Source of the DNA: an uncultured delta proteobacterium
GTDB lineage: Bacteria > Desulfobacterota > Binatia > UBA9968
Direction: 5' to 3'
DNA length: 64,000 nt
NCBI GenBank assembly: GCA_963728565.1
Contig: CAVSLC010000025.1
Location: 96,001-160,000, forward strand
The translations under genes and the position numbers were made by a program. The notes beneath the pieces were generated by a model. The model saw only the letters and a program-made list of their open reading frames with translations. It was not told the DNA's origin and did no database searches. Shown in pieces: positions 44,234 to 54,400 of the stretch. Position 1 is the stretch's first letter. Each line of letters begins with the position of its first letter.

Positions 44234-45253
44234 ATGGAATTGAGAGAAGCAGTTAAAGTTTTAGATTCGGACGCTCATGCGCGGGATCTCGATGAAAATC
44301 TTCGGCCGTATCTGGACGAACCCTACCGCAGTCAGCGAGCGCCGTTTTTTCTGCGGGAAACCTACGACCGCAATCTAGGCGGGACTTTGGGCTTTTCGGG
44401 GGCGAAACACGAAGAACGGCTGGCAGCCATGGACACGCAGCAAATTGATAGCGCGGTCATGTATCCGACGAGCGGCTTGGGTATCGGCGCCATCCGCGAT
44501 CCGGCGTTTAATGCGGCGCTATGCCGGGCTTATAACGATTACATTTCGGATTACTGCAAGGCGTCGCCCCGGCTGAAGGCAGTGGCCAATCTACCGGTCA
44601 ACAATCCCGCCGAAGCGGCCAAGGAGCTCAAGCGCGCGGTCACAAAACTCGGGCTATGCGGCGGCATGTTGGCGGCGCAGTCCCATATGAAAAATCTTGG
44701 CAGTCCCGAGTTCTACCCGCTCTATGAAGAAGCGCAGCGGCTCAATACGCCGATTGCGATTCATGCCTTCGGCGGCGATGAGCCCGGCACTGAAATTTTC
44801 GATAAGTTCATCTGCCTGCACACCACCGGTCATCCATTTCCGGTGCTACGCCAGCTCACCGCGATCGTCTTCGGCGGTATTCCCGAACTTTTTCCCGACC
44901 TGAAGATCGGCTACCTCGAAGTGGGGTGCGGCTGGATACCCTATTGGGCGGAGCGGATGGATGAAGAATGGGAAAAGCGCGGCAAGGCCGAAGCTCCGCT
45001 GTGCAAGAAAAAACCGAGCGAGTATTTGACCAACGGCAACAGCTATTATGGTTGCGAGCCGGAAGAGAAGATGATGGGCTACGTTGTCAACGAGATCGGC
45101 TCGAAGACTTTGATGTATGCCTCCGATTACCCGCACTGGGATATGAGTTGGCCGGAATCGGCGACCATTGTGTGGAACCGTGAGGACCTGTCGGTGGAAG
45201 CTAAAAAGGATATTCTGCTTAACAACGCCAAGCGGTTTTACAATCTTTCGTAG
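44234..45253 (+). CDS. Amidohydrolase_2 family protein
   Basis: LDSDAH, MYPT, AIHA, ASDYPHWD. Confidence 0.9.
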   Translation: MELREAVKVLDSDAHARDLDENLRPYLDEPYRSQRAPFFLRETYDRNLGGTLGFSGAKHEERLAAMDTQQIDSAVMYPTSGLGIGAIRDPAFNAALCRAYNDYISDYCKASPRLKAVANLPVNNPAEAAKELKRAVTKLGLCGGMLAAQSHMKNLGSPEFYPLYEEAQRLNTPIAIHAFGGDEPGTEIFDKFICLHTTGHPFPVLRQLTAIVFGGIPELFPDLKIGYLEVGCGWIPYWAERMDEEWEKRGKAEAPLCKKKPSEYLTNGNSYYGCEPEEKMMGYVVNEIGSKTLMYASDYPHWDMSWPESATIVWNREDLSVEAKKDILLNNAKRFYNLS

Positions 45254-45265
45254 CGCTTAAAGCGG

Positions 45266-45310
45266 CCGCCGGTCTTGAGCATCTCTGGTGCGGACCGGCG
45301 GCGATTTCTT
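45266..45310 (+). terminator. Possible hairpin terminator/attenuator
   Basis: cgccggtc...gaccggcg stem followed shortly by atttctt. Confidence 0.3.
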
Positions 45311-45330
45311 ATTAACCGAAAGGGAGACGT

Positions 45331-47064
45331 ATGATTCAAACTAAAGGGTTAACCGGGGCGCAATCCATGCTGCGCGTCCTCGCAAGAATGGGCGTGGAAA
45401 AAATCTTTGCGTCGCCGGGATCCGAATGGTCGCCGGTGTGGGAGGCGCTGGCGGAACCGGGCGTCGAAGGCATGCCGCAGTATCTGAGCACGCGCCACGA
45501 AGAAGTAGCCGTCGGCATGGCAAGCGGATACGCGAAGGCCACCGGCAAACTGCCGGCGGTCATGATCCACACCACGGTGGGCTCGCTGCACGCGACCATG
45601 GGCATGCGGGGCGCGATTCGCGAACAGGTGCCAATGGTAGTCTTCAGCGGTGAATCGATCGGCTATGGCGAAGACGAAGGACCGGACCCGGGAGGGCAGT
45701 GGTTGGGGCATCTCTCCAACATTGGCGGCCCGGCGAAGATGGTCGAGCAAACGGTGAAGTGGAGTTTCGGCGTTAACAACAAAGCGATTTTGCCGGCGAC
45801 GATTCAACGCGCCTGCCAGCTTGCGATGGCCGCGCCGAAGGGGCCGACGTTCGTATCTTTGTCGATGGAGCATCTCTTCGACAAGATGATCAAAGACGTT
45901 CCCTCGGTCGGCTTCGCGCCCGGAGCGACCGCCGATCCGAAGGGCATAGAGGAGCTTGCGAAGCTCCTAGCCGGCGCAAAAAACCCGGTCATTGTCACCG
46001 AAGATTCGGGGCGCACGGCAAAGTCCGTGCATTGCCTGGTAGAGATTGCCGAGCTTCTGGGGTGTGTGGTGGTCGAAACCCGCAGCACGGGCGCGCTCAA
46101 TTTTCCCCGCACTCATCCGCTGCACAGCGGCTACGATCCGCGCAAGGCGTTAGCGGGCGCGGACGCGATTCTCTTGCTGGCGGTAATCGCGCCGTGGCAT
46201 CCGGCTTCGGCGACGCCGTCGCCGGGCGCGACCGTGGCGATCCTGGATGAGAATCCGTTGCGGCATGATATGCCCTACTATGGTTATCAGGCCGATCTCT
46301 GTTTGACCGGTGAGATCGAAAGCTCACTCGAGCAGCTCTTGGCCGCGTTGAAGAGTAAAGTCTCCGCCAGCGATTCGTCGCGTAAGCAGCGCGCTGAGGA
46401 GATCGGCAAGAAAAACCATGCCCAAAGGAAAGCCTGGCGCGAGGAGGCGCTGGCCCTTGCCGCTCAGAAACCGATGGACACCCGCTGGGTAGCGCATGAA
46501 ATCAGCCAGGTCTTGCCGGCGGACGCCATGGTCGTGGAAGAGACGATCACGCATCGTTTAGCGATCCATCGCTATTTCGATGGGCTCAAGCCAGGCTCGT
46601 TTTTCGCAGGCTGCGTCGGCGGTTTGGGCACCGGATTGTCGACGGCGCTGGGCGTGAAATCGGCCAATCCCAAACGTCCTGTGGTGTGCGTCATCGGTGA
46701 CGGATCTTTCAACTACGATCCGGCGCCAGCCGTGTACGGGGCTGCCCAAGAGCATAACCTGCCGTTCCTGACGGTGATGTTTAACAATCAGGGTTATTTG
46801 TCGCAGAAATCCGGCATCCCGAAGTACTATCCTGAAGGCTGGGCAGTGAAATCGAAGAATTTCTCCGGCCTGCACATCGCTCCATGTCCGGAGTATGCGC
46901 AGATCATCAAAGCTTTCGACGGCTATGGCGAAAAGGTCGAAGAGCCCGGGGAGGTGCGCAAAGCAGTCGAGCGTGGCCTGCGCGCGGTGGCCGGTGGCCA
47001 GGTCGCCTTGCTCGATATTCGACTCAAGCCGGTAGAGCAGATCGTCGAGCGCGGCGAGGGTTAA
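45331..47064 (+). CDS. Thiamine pyrophosphate-dependent enzyme (benzoylformate decarboxylase/ALS-like)
   Basis: SPGSE, RHEEVAV, GDGSF...NNQGY TPP motif. Confidence 0.92.
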   Translation: MIQTKGLTGAQSMLRVLARMGVEKIFASPGSEWSPVWEALAEPGVEGMPQYLSTRHEEVAVGMASGYAKATGKLPAVMIHTTVGSLHATMGMRGAIREQVPMVVFSGESIGYGEDEGPDPGGQWLGHLSNIGGPAKMVEQTVKWSFGVNNKAILPATIQRACQLAMAAPKGPTFVSLSMEHLFDKMIKDVPSVGFAPGATADPKGIEELAKLLAGAKNPVIVTEDSGRTAKSVHCLVEIAELLGCVVVETRSTGALNFPRTHPLHSGYDPRKALAGADAILLLAVIAPWHPASATPSPGATVAILDENPLRHDMPYYGYQADLCLTGEIESSLEQLLAALKSKVSASDSSRKQRAEEIGKKNHAQRKAWREEALALAAQKPMDTRWVAHEISQVLPADAMVVEETITHRLAIHRYFDGLKPGSFFAGCVGGLGTGLSTALGVKSANPKRPVVCVIGDGSFNYDPAPAVYGAAQEHNLPFLTVMFNNQGYLSQKSGIPKYYPEGWAVKSKNFSGLHIAPCPEYAQIIKAFDGYGEKVEEPGEVRKAVERGLRAVAGGQVALLDIRLKPVEQIVERGEG

Positions 47065-47099
47065 GCTTTTTTAAACCATTGGCTAGGAGAATTCGTTGT

Positions 47100-47125
47100 C
47101 AGGGCAGGCTCCCGTGCCTGCCCTG
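47100..47125. repeat. REP-like palindrome
   Basis: CAGGGCAGG-ctcccgtg-CCTGCCCTG, 9-bp perfect stem. Confidence 0.5.
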
Positions 47126-47194
47126 AGCGATTACAGCGTAAACAGACGGCACGGTTTCAATGCCCGTCACATTTGATCGGCCTACCGGCATATT

Positions 47195-48172
47195 ATGAAA
47201 AGCCGACTTCCGATTTTCATCCTCGCGCTCTGCATGACCATTGCGGCTCGAGCCCAAGCAGCCGATAAACTCGTTGGTATCCATTCGGCAAGAGTTCTTT
47301 CCCAGTCGATGCCTTGGATCGCCCAAGAGGCCGGTCTCTTCAAAAAACACAATCTGGACTTTCCAATGGTTTTCATCCCCGCGTCCTCCGCGGTGACCGC
47401 CGCCATGTTGGGTGGCGACGGTGAGATAGCGCTCACCGGAGGCGAGGGTATGATTCGCGCCAACGTGGCTGGTGGCAGCGACTTCGTTTTTATCGGAGCG
47501 GTAAAAAACATCTTGACTCATAGCATAATGGGCAAGCCGGAGCTCAAGAGGCCCGAGGATCTGAAAGGGAAAAAAGTAGGAGTCACCCGGCTCGGCGGCA
47601 ATCCCCATTATTTCGCGATTCAGGCCCTGCGATTGAAAGGATTGGATCCAAGCAAGGATGTCACTTTCATTCAAACCGGCGGCGCGCCGGAAACGCTGGC
47701 GGCCTTGAAATCGGGAGTGATCGATGCGGCGGCCTTGACCGCGCCCACTGACACCCAAGCGACCGCCATGGGTTACAACTTCGTCATCTTCGGACCCGAT
47801 CTGAAAATCCCCTATGCGGCAACCGTTTTCGTGACTCGGCGCGCTGTCATTGCCAAGCGTTCCGCGGTAATTGGTCAATTCATGCGCGCGATGGCGGAGG
47901 CGTCCAGGATTCTCCACAACGACAGAGAGTTCGTCTATAAGGTTCTTGGCAAACAGCTCCGGCTCACTGACAGAAAAATTTTGGACGCTGCCTATAATGG
48001 CGAGATAAAGGCGCTCGAACCGCGGCTATCTCTTCGCGCCGAGCCGTACCAGGCGATTCTGGACGATATTGCCAAGACGGATGGGCGCGCCAAGAAAGTC
48101 AAAGCTGAGGACATGATGGATAGTCGTTATGTCGATGAGCTAGAAAAAAGCGGTGCTTTCGATAAGTCTTAG
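47195..48172 (+). CDS. ABC substrate-binding protein, third paralog of the GIHSARV type
   Basis: Signal peptide; GIHSARVLSQSMPW, GPDLKIPYAA. Confidence 0.9.
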   Translation: MKSRLPIFILALCMTIAARAQAADKLVGIHSARVLSQSMPWIAQEAGLFKKHNLDFPMVFIPASSAVTAAMLGGDGEIALTGGEGMIRANVAGGSDFVFIGAVKNILTHSIMGKPELKRPEDLKGKKVGVTRLGGNPHYFAIQALRLKGLDPSKDVTFIQTGGAPETLAALKSGVIDAAALTAPTDTQATAMGYNFVIFGPDLKIPYAATVFVTRRAVIAKRSAVIGQFMRAMAEASRILHNDREFVYKVLGKQLRLTDRKILDAAYNGEIKALEPRLSLRAEPYQAILDDIAKTDGRAKKVKAEDMMDSRYVDELEKSGAFDKS

Positions 48173-48197
48173 ACCTGTAAACCGTTGCGAGGATTAT

Positions 48198-48908
48198 ATG
48201 AGCAGCAGCTTTCATGATCGATTGGTCGTCACCCGCGATCGCAAGCACAGCAAAAATCATCCGTTTTTCGAGCTATGGGCGCAGGGGAAGCTGACCCGGG
48301 AGCAAACCGCCTTCTACTGCACGCAGCACTACCATTTTGTCGGCGAGTTTTTGAACTGGCTTGCGTATCAGGGCTCGCAGATTCGTGAGCGCGATGTAAA
48401 AAATTATTTATTCGAAAATCTCGGAGACGAAGAGAATCCCGACGATCGTCATTTGGACATGCTCAAGGATTACGTCGCCGCTAGCGGCGTGAATCGCGAT
48501 AGCGTGGAAGGCTCGATTGTTCTCGCCGCCACGGAGGGGTTGCAGAATTGGGGCTGGCGCATGGTCTATCAAAGGCGTTGGCAGGCCGCGCTGGCCGGGA
48601 TGTTCATCGGCCTTGAGTCCCAGTTTTTAGATATCTGCAAAAAGATCGTTCCCGCTCTGCACAAACATTACGGTTATGCGCCGCATGCGCGGGAAATCCG
48701 ATTTTTCGAAGAACATATCTACGCCGACGAGGTCCATGGCTCCAAAGGATTTGCCATCGTCGAGAAGTATTGCAACACGCCTGAGCTCCAGGATTTGGCA
48801 ATCCAGATGGTGGAAGAGGCGACCATCAGGCGCTGGCGTTATATGAACGGTATTTATTGGTACGCGCTGCACGGTAAACAGGACGACACGCCGAGCCTGC
48901 CAGGCTAA
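48198..48908 (+). CDS. Heme-oxygenase-like diiron enzyme (TenA/PqqC/CADD superfamily)
   Basis: NHPFF; ENLGDEE...RH, GLESQ, EEHIYADEVH. Confidence 0.82.
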   Translation: MSSSFHDRLVVTRDRKHSKNHPFFELWAQGKLTREQTAFYCTQHYHFVGEFLNWLAYQGSQIRERDVKNYLFENLGDEENPDDRHLDMLKDYVAASGVNRDSVEGSIVLAATEGLQNWGWRMVYQRRWQAALAGMFIGLESQFLDICKKIVPALHKHYGYAPHAREIRFFEEHIYADEVHGSKGFAIVEKYCNTPELQDLAIQMVEEATIRRWRYMNGIYWYALHGKQDDTPSLPG

Positions 48909-48945
48909 GGTCTAGCAGCCCCGATTTCGCGGTTCAAAGGGACAG

Positions 48946-49120
48946 CCGGATCAGGGGACGAGCCCTCCGGATCGAAGGCAATGGGTCTGTAGCTCATAGG
49001 TTGTGAAACTTCGTGCTTGATCGGTCGGCCTGTCGAGGATCAACTGTTGGCCGTGAATTGGAACGACATTGGACTGTTCGCGTCCGTGCCTTCGCTCCTC
49101 CGGTCTCGCCCCTTGATCGG
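48946..49120. repeat. Long imperfect inverted repeat (structured element)
   Basis: 48946-48984 pairs with 49084-49120; inner TTGATC...GATCAA hairpin. Confidence 0.55.
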
Positions 49121-49175
49121 AAAACAGCATTGACCTCTCTGTTGCGGAATTCGACTTCGATATGAGGATCGAGTA

Positions 49176-50624
49176 ATGAAAATGCGCATCGATGGCGGCG
49201 TCGTCGTCGGTTGGTCCGGCACCGGCCATGAAATCATTCCGGACGGTTCAGTAGTCATAGAGAACGATACGATTCGCTTCGTGGGGAAGGATAAGTCTCA
49301 AGCCGTCGATAAAGTGATCGACGCCTCGGGAAAGATTGTTTCTCCGGGGTTCGTCAACCTTCACGTTCATTCGCAGTTGAATGTCGGCGATTATTTACTC
49401 GGAGATGTGACCAGGAAGGATTATTTAACCGCCAACTGGTTTGTCTTCGGCGCTCCGTTGAAGGAAAAAATTACTCCGCCGCCGGCGCCGGCAGTGGCAA
49501 TCGGCCGGAAATACGCGCTGTTTAGCGCCTTGAAGAATGGCGCGACCACGGTTCTCGATCCTGGCGGCGGGCCGGGCGCTTTGGACGAGTACGTCGCCAT
49601 CGTCGGCCAGCAGGGAGGACGGGTTTTTTTCAGCCCGCCGTACCGCAGCAGCGATATCTTTACCGATGCGCAAGGCCGTCTTTACTATGAGGAACGAGCA
49701 GATAAGGGGCGTCCCGGCCTCGAAAGAGCCGTTGCTTTTATCAAGCAATACCACGGCGCTCATAACGGCCGAGTTCAAGGAATACTAAATCCCGCGCAAG
49801 CCGAAACTTGCGAGCCTGCGCTGCTCGCAGAAACTGCCGCCGCCGCTAAAGAGCTCGACGTCCCGATTCACCTTCATGCCGGCGGCAACGCGCGCGAGTT
49901 TCTGCACATTCTGAATACCTACCGAAAGCCGGTGGTGGAATATCTCGCCGGGACAGGAATTCTCGGGCCGCGAACGACCCTCGGCCACATGGCGATCACC
50001 GGCGGCCATTCGCGCATCGATTACCCGCGCGGCGACGAATTGAAGCTGATCGCGGAGTCCGGCGCAACCGTCGGCCATTGCCCGCACAAATGCGCCAAAA
50101 TGGCTTTCGCGATGGAATCCTTCGACCAGTATCTCGACGCCGGCGTCAGGATCGGTCTTGGCACCGATACCTATCCGCTCGATATCATCGCCGAGATGCG
50201 TTACGCGTCGTTGATTTCGCGTCTGGTCGACCGCAACGCGTCCGGCGCGCGACCGGCCGATTGTTTCAACGCAGCGACGATTGGCGGCGCCGATGCTCTG
50301 GGCCGGAAAGATCTGGGCCGGCTTGCTGTCGGCGCCAAAGCCGACGTGGTCATTATCAATCTGCGCACCACCCGTTACGGGCCCTGGCGTGATCCGATCA
50401 ACGCGCTAGTCGAGTACGGCAGCGGCGCCGATGTTGAAACGGTAATTGTCGATGGTGAAATCGTCATCGACAACGGCCGGTCGACGCGCATCGACGAAGA
50501 TGAGCTATTTGCTCAAGCAAACGCAGGCGCGCAGCGCGCGTGGGACGGCTGGGCAACTCGTGACTGGAACGGCAGGAGCACTGAAGACATCGTGCCCGCC
50601 GCTTTCCCGATCAGGCGTCAGTGA
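49176..50624 (+). CDS. Amidohydrolase_1 family (chlorohydrolase/deaminase-like)
   Basis: PGFVNLHVH, IHLH, LGTD, ATIGGA.ALG, GAKADVV. Confidence 0.9.
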   Translation: MKMRIDGGVVVGWSGTGHEIIPDGSVVIENDTIRFVGKDKSQAVDKVIDASGKIVSPGFVNLHVHSQLNVGDYLLGDVTRKDYLTANWFVFGAPLKEKITPPPAPAVAIGRKYALFSALKNGATTVLDPGGGPGALDEYVAIVGQQGGRVFFSPPYRSSDIFTDAQGRLYYEERADKGRPGLERAVAFIKQYHGAHNGRVQGILNPAQAETCEPALLAETAAAAKELDVPIHLHAGGNAREFLHILNTYRKPVVEYLAGTGILGPRTTLGHMAITGGHSRIDYPRGDELKLIAESGATVGHCPHKCAKMAFAMESFDQYLDAGVRIGLGTDTYPLDIIAEMRYASLISRLVDRNASGARPADCFNAATIGGADALGRKDLGRLAVGAKADVVIINLRTTRYGPWRDPINALVEYGSGADVETVIVDGEIVIDNGRSTRIDEDELFAQANAGAQRAWDGWATRDWNGRSTEDIVPAAFPIRRQ

Positions 50625-50838
50625 TCGTGCCTCTGGCAGGCTGCTGAATTACGTTGCTGTCGGGGCTATCGAAGTTTTCTCGATGCGTAGTCTATAGATA
50701 GGCAGTCCGGCGGCGTGCCACCGTGTTTAGGAGAACGGTTAGGGATCGCCTCTTGGCAATGCTTTTAATCCGTTGCGCTGGAAAATTCTAAACGCCGATT
50801 TCCTTGATCCGGTGCAGCTGTCGCCTGGTTCCAAGAAC

Positions 50839-51222
50839 TCAGCGACCCGTACCGCCGACAGTGACTGTCATAGCGGCAGCGTCGTTGTGGCCGCCGACCA
50901 TAATGATGACGGTTCTGTTGTCTTTGGCGTAGGTCAGCATGCCCCCTTTGGATACCACGCCGGCGTTGGGCTGCCAACCACGTAACGGCATCTCCTTTTC
51001 ATAAAACTCAATCACCTTCCCGGGTTCCAGTTGACCGCGAAATGAACTTTGACCGCCACCAAAACCGAGCAGGGCAACTTCAACCCCCGCTCCATCGGAT
51101 TTCTTCATCCCGCGCGGAATCGGTATCTCCACACCGCCGATTTTTTCGTCATAGGATTTATTGCAGCCGGCAAAAATCGCAATCATCGCCAGCAGGAAAA
51201 GCATTTGAGAACGAGCTGTCAT
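50839..51222 (-). CDS. Hypothetical lipoprotein
   Basis: Lipobox IFAG-C after a hydrophobic stretch. Confidence 0.7.
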   Translation of the reverse strand: MTARSQMLFLLAMIAIFAGCNKSYDEKIGGVEIPIPRGMKKSDGAGVEVALLGFGGGQSSFRGQLEPGKVIEFYEKEMPLRGWQPNAGVVSKGGMLTYAKDNRTVIIMVGGHNDAAAMTVTVGGTGR

Positions 51223-51349
51223 AGCACGGCGCGGCAGTCTAACTAGCATTTCGCATCCTCCACTATTTATACCAACGGCACTGTCCGGGGCAACGCGGAT
51301 CACAGAGACAGGTAAGCGAGGATCTAAATCGATGAGAGCAACGGCTCTA

Positions 51350-52525
51350 TCAAGAAGCATTCTCCGGGGCGGTGGGTAGGCCGGAGAAATACCACAGGAC
51401 CAAGAGCATCACACCGAGAAATTCCGGCAGCGACGGATAGATATGGATCAGCACCCCGCCGAGCATGCCGCCGAGCGATGAGCCGACGAAGCCAAAGAAG
51501 GTATAAACACCGGTGGCTGTGCCGCGGCCCGCCTGGGGAATTCGCTTGGTCAGAAATGTCGGCAGCAGCGGTTGAAATAAGCTGTAACCGAAAAAGAAAG
51601 CTGCGCCGCCGACATACAACAGCAAATCCGACTGAGCGCCGACCAAATACACGGCATAGCCTGTCATTGCGGTTAGCCAGCCGATCATGATTGGCATGCG
51701 AAAACGGCCCAGTCTTTCGGCGCGGCGCATATAAGGGAACACCAATAATGCGCTCGGTAAAAAGATAATCAGATATACTTTCCAAAGCTCGGCGCGATCG
51801 AGTCCTATGTCCGCCCAGCTCAGCGGATAAGTGAAAAAGAAAAGGTTTAGGGTGAAAGAAAGAACAAAGGCGGCGATAAAAATCGGCCGCAGCTCGCGGT
51901 GCATCAGGATCGGTCTAAAAGCCATCGCTGGCTGTTTGTCGACGGATCGATTTTCTTTAGGAAAGGAGATCGCCGCTAGGACCATTGCCGAAAAAGCGAG
52001 CGCGGCCAAAACATAGAACAAGCCGCTGAGACCGATGCTTGCCGCCAACAGCGGTCCGCCCAATATGCCGATCATGAAGGCCGAGCCAATGGCAATTCCG
52101 GTAACGGTAAATGCCTGCGTGCGAACCGCCGGCCTGGTAAGATCAGCCAGCGCTGCCAGCGCTACCGAGCCGATGGCGCCGGTGCCTTGAATCACTCGCG
52201 CCAGGATGAGCTGGAAAATATTCTGCGCCAAGCCGCAACCGATGCTGCCCACTCCGAACAGCGCCAGGCCGATGAGCAGTATTGGCTTGCGGCCCCAGCG
52301 ATCGCTGGCCCATCCCAGCGGGATTTGCAAGATGCTCTGAGTCAGAGCGTAGGCGCCGAAGGCAACGCCGGCCATGGCAAGGCTGGCTTCGGGGTAATGA
52401 ACAGCATAGACGCTGAAGACGGGGAGAATCAGAAAGATGCCGAGTAAACGCAATGCGGATATCAGACTGACGACAATCACCGGGCCAATTTCAGCGCGGG
52501 TAAAAGAATGGTGATTGTCAGTCAA
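51350..52525 (-). CDS. MFS transporter (YajR-like)
   Basis: LRLLGIFLILPV, ASDRWGRK motif A, many TM segments. Confidence 0.9.
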   Translation of the reverse strand: MTDNHHSFTRAEIGPVIVVSLISALRLLGIFLILPVFSVYAVHYPEASLAMAGVAFGAYALTQSILQIPLGWASDRWGRKPILLIGLALFGVGSIGCGLAQNIFQLILARVIQGTGAIGSVALAALADLTRPAVRTQAFTVTGIAIGSAFMIGILGGPLLAASIGLSGLFYVLAALAFSAMVLAAISFPKENRSVDKQPAMAFRPILMHRELRPIFIAAFVLSFTLNLFFFTYPLSWADIGLDRAELWKVYLIIFLPSALLVFPYMRRAERLGRFRMPIMIGWLTAMTGYAVYLVGAQSDLLLYVGGAAFFFGYSLFQPLLPTFLTKRIPQAGRGTATGVYTFFGFVGSSLGGMLGGVLIHIYPSLPEFLGVMLLVLWYFSGLPTAPENAS

Positions 52526-52642
52526 AGGAATTGCGCGAGCTCCAAGATCCCGGTCTAAAAAAATAATCAGACCAATTTACACGCTTTGCCGAAAATGGGA
52601 AGGCTCGCCAGCATCATCATTGAATCTTGATCTGCCGACCTT

Positions 52643-53560
52643 TTAATTCCCTTCCGACGGTTTGCCGGTCGGGGGCACGGCCGCTTTGGCCTCCCCCACG
52701 AGGAGCGTTCTCTGCGGAAATGGAAATTCGATGTTTTCGGCTTCGAAGGCTTTTTTCAGCCGGCGACGGTACTCGCGACCGACCATCCACTGCCTAATCG
52801 GCAGTGTCTTTAGCCGCGCCTTGATGATGACCGCTGAATCCGTGAACGCATCCACACCGATGATCTCAATCGGCTCGAGCATCGCCGAACCGTATTGCGG
52901 ATCGGACTGCAACTCACCGGCGACTCGACGCATCACTTCGACGACGCGATCGGTATCCTCCCTGTAAGCGACGCCGACATCGATGACATACGCCGACCAG
53001 TCCTTGGTCATGTTGGACAGCGTGTTGATCGAGCCGTTTGGAAAGACGTGAACTACGGCGGCCTGGTCGCGCAGCACAATGGTGCGGAAGGTGATGGCCT
53101 CGACCAGACCGCCGGTGCCATTGATGATCGCGACATCGCCGACGCGGATCTGATTTTCCAGGATCAAAAAGAACCCGCTGACGAAATCCTTCACCAGATT
53201 TTGCGCCCCGAATCCCACCGCAAGTCCGACCACTCCAGCGCTGGCGAGAATCGGCGTGACGTTCACCCCCACTTGTCCGAGGATTGTCAAAACCGCCGTG
53301 AACCAGACGAGACCCGCAACGATCGTCCAGAGCACGCTCATCAAGGTCCGGATGCGCATCGCCGACGCTCCCGGCACCGATTCCGAGGCCTCGCGCGCCC
53401 GCACAAGGATCACTTCCAACCGGTTAAGTCCCAGGCGGAGAAACTTGATCGCGAGCAAAGCCACTACGACGATCAAGAGAACCCGAAATAACGACTGCGC
53501 GAAATTGATGCTGAAGTCGATCAGCTTCGGCAGATAGGCTTCGAACGAGATTCCAAACAT
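52643..53560 (-). CDS. Mechanosensitive ion channel, MscS family
   Basis: GLAVGFGAQNLVKD, IRVGD, FPNG, IEFPFPQ. Confidence 0.92.
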   Translation of the reverse strand: MFGISFEAYLPKLIDFSINFAQSLFRVLLIVVVALLAIKFLRLGLNRLEVILVRAREASESVPGASAMRIRTLMSVLWTIVAGLVWFTAVLTILGQVGVNVTPILASAGVVGLAVGFGAQNLVKDFVSGFFLILENQIRVGDVAIINGTGGLVEAITFRTIVLRDQAAVVHVFPNGSINTLSNMTKDWSAYVIDVGVAYREDTDRVVEVMRRVAGELQSDPQYGSAMLEPIEIIGVDAFTDSAVIIKARLKTLPIRQWMVGREYRRRLKKAFEAENIEFPFPQRTLLVGEAKAAVPPTGKPSEGN

Positions 53561-53613
53561 TCTCTATCCTCCTCGACGCGGGTCTTAAGACCATTTCCGA
53601 CTTTTGAGTATTG

Positions 53614-54393
53614 TTATGGCTGGGAGAGCAAGGTGCGTACTTGCCGTAGCCACGGATCGGCTTCGATCAATTTGAGGAAGTTTGCCTGAATGATCCGGGA
53701 CATTGATTCCGGCGTAGAGGCTCTGATCCGGGCCAGCTGGTCGACCACTTTTTTAATCTCCGACGGCATACCGACTATGCCTTTCAGCCACTTTAAACCG
53801 CCCGGATTATCGGTTTCGGTGAGAAGCAGACGATCGGGAATCTCCCGCGCGATTGCCTGAATCGTCTCTGAATAAAGGACCTCGACGCCGACGGTAAAGT
53901 AAGCGCCGAATTCGACCAGGGCGCGAAGGATATCCAGAGGGCCCGAGTACCAATGAATAATCGGCCGCGCTACGTCGTAACGCTCCAACAGCCCGAGAAT
54001 AGGTTTCTCGCCGCCCTTGGTGTGCAGGTTGACGATTTTTTTCTGTTCGCGGGCGGCAGCGAAAAAATATTCCAGGACTTTCAATTGAGCCGGATACTCG
54101 GAGCTATTCTTGACCCAGTGGAAGTCCAGACCGATTTCGCCGATGGCGGGACTCATCTCGATATACTGGCCGAGCTCGCGCAGCCGATCGACATATTGCG
54201 GAGCGCGTCGAGGATGAATTCCGAAGGTCGGCAGCACCAGCGCTGAGCGCCGCGCGATTTCCTGAAGGTCCTGATAGGACGGAACATCCATCGCCGTGGC
54301 GATGGTAAAAATATTTTCCCGTTCGATTTCTCTCAAGGCATCGCCAAGTAAATCGCCGTATCTGTCCAAATGAACATGAGCATCGATCAACAT
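53614..54393 (-). CDS. TatD family hydrolase
   Basis: IDAHVH, GIHP, IGEIGLD, LLTETD. Confidence 0.9.
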   Translation of the reverse strand: MLIDAHVHLDRYGDLLGDALREIERENIFTIATAMDVPSYQDLQEIARRSALVLPTFGIHPRRAPQYVDRLRELGQYIEMSPAIGEIGLDFHWVKNSSEYPAQLKVLEYFFAAAREQKKIVNLHTKGGEKPILGLLERYDVARPIIHWYSGPLDILRALVEFGAYFTVGVEVLYSETIQAIAREIPDRLLLTETDNPGGLKWLKGIVGMPSEIKKVVDQLARIRASTPESMSRIIQANFLKLIEADPWLRQVRTLLSQP

Positions 54394-54400
54394 AAAAAGA

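Noticed and set aside
48910-49120. 6S RNA
   Set aside because: Size and rod shape are suggestive, but I could not identify the central-bubble consensus and the usual zapA/ygfA/rny context is absent.
50635-50655. Additional MITE copy (GCAGGCTGCTGAA)
   Set aside because: Only the first ~13 nt match; the internal sequence and right end are missing.
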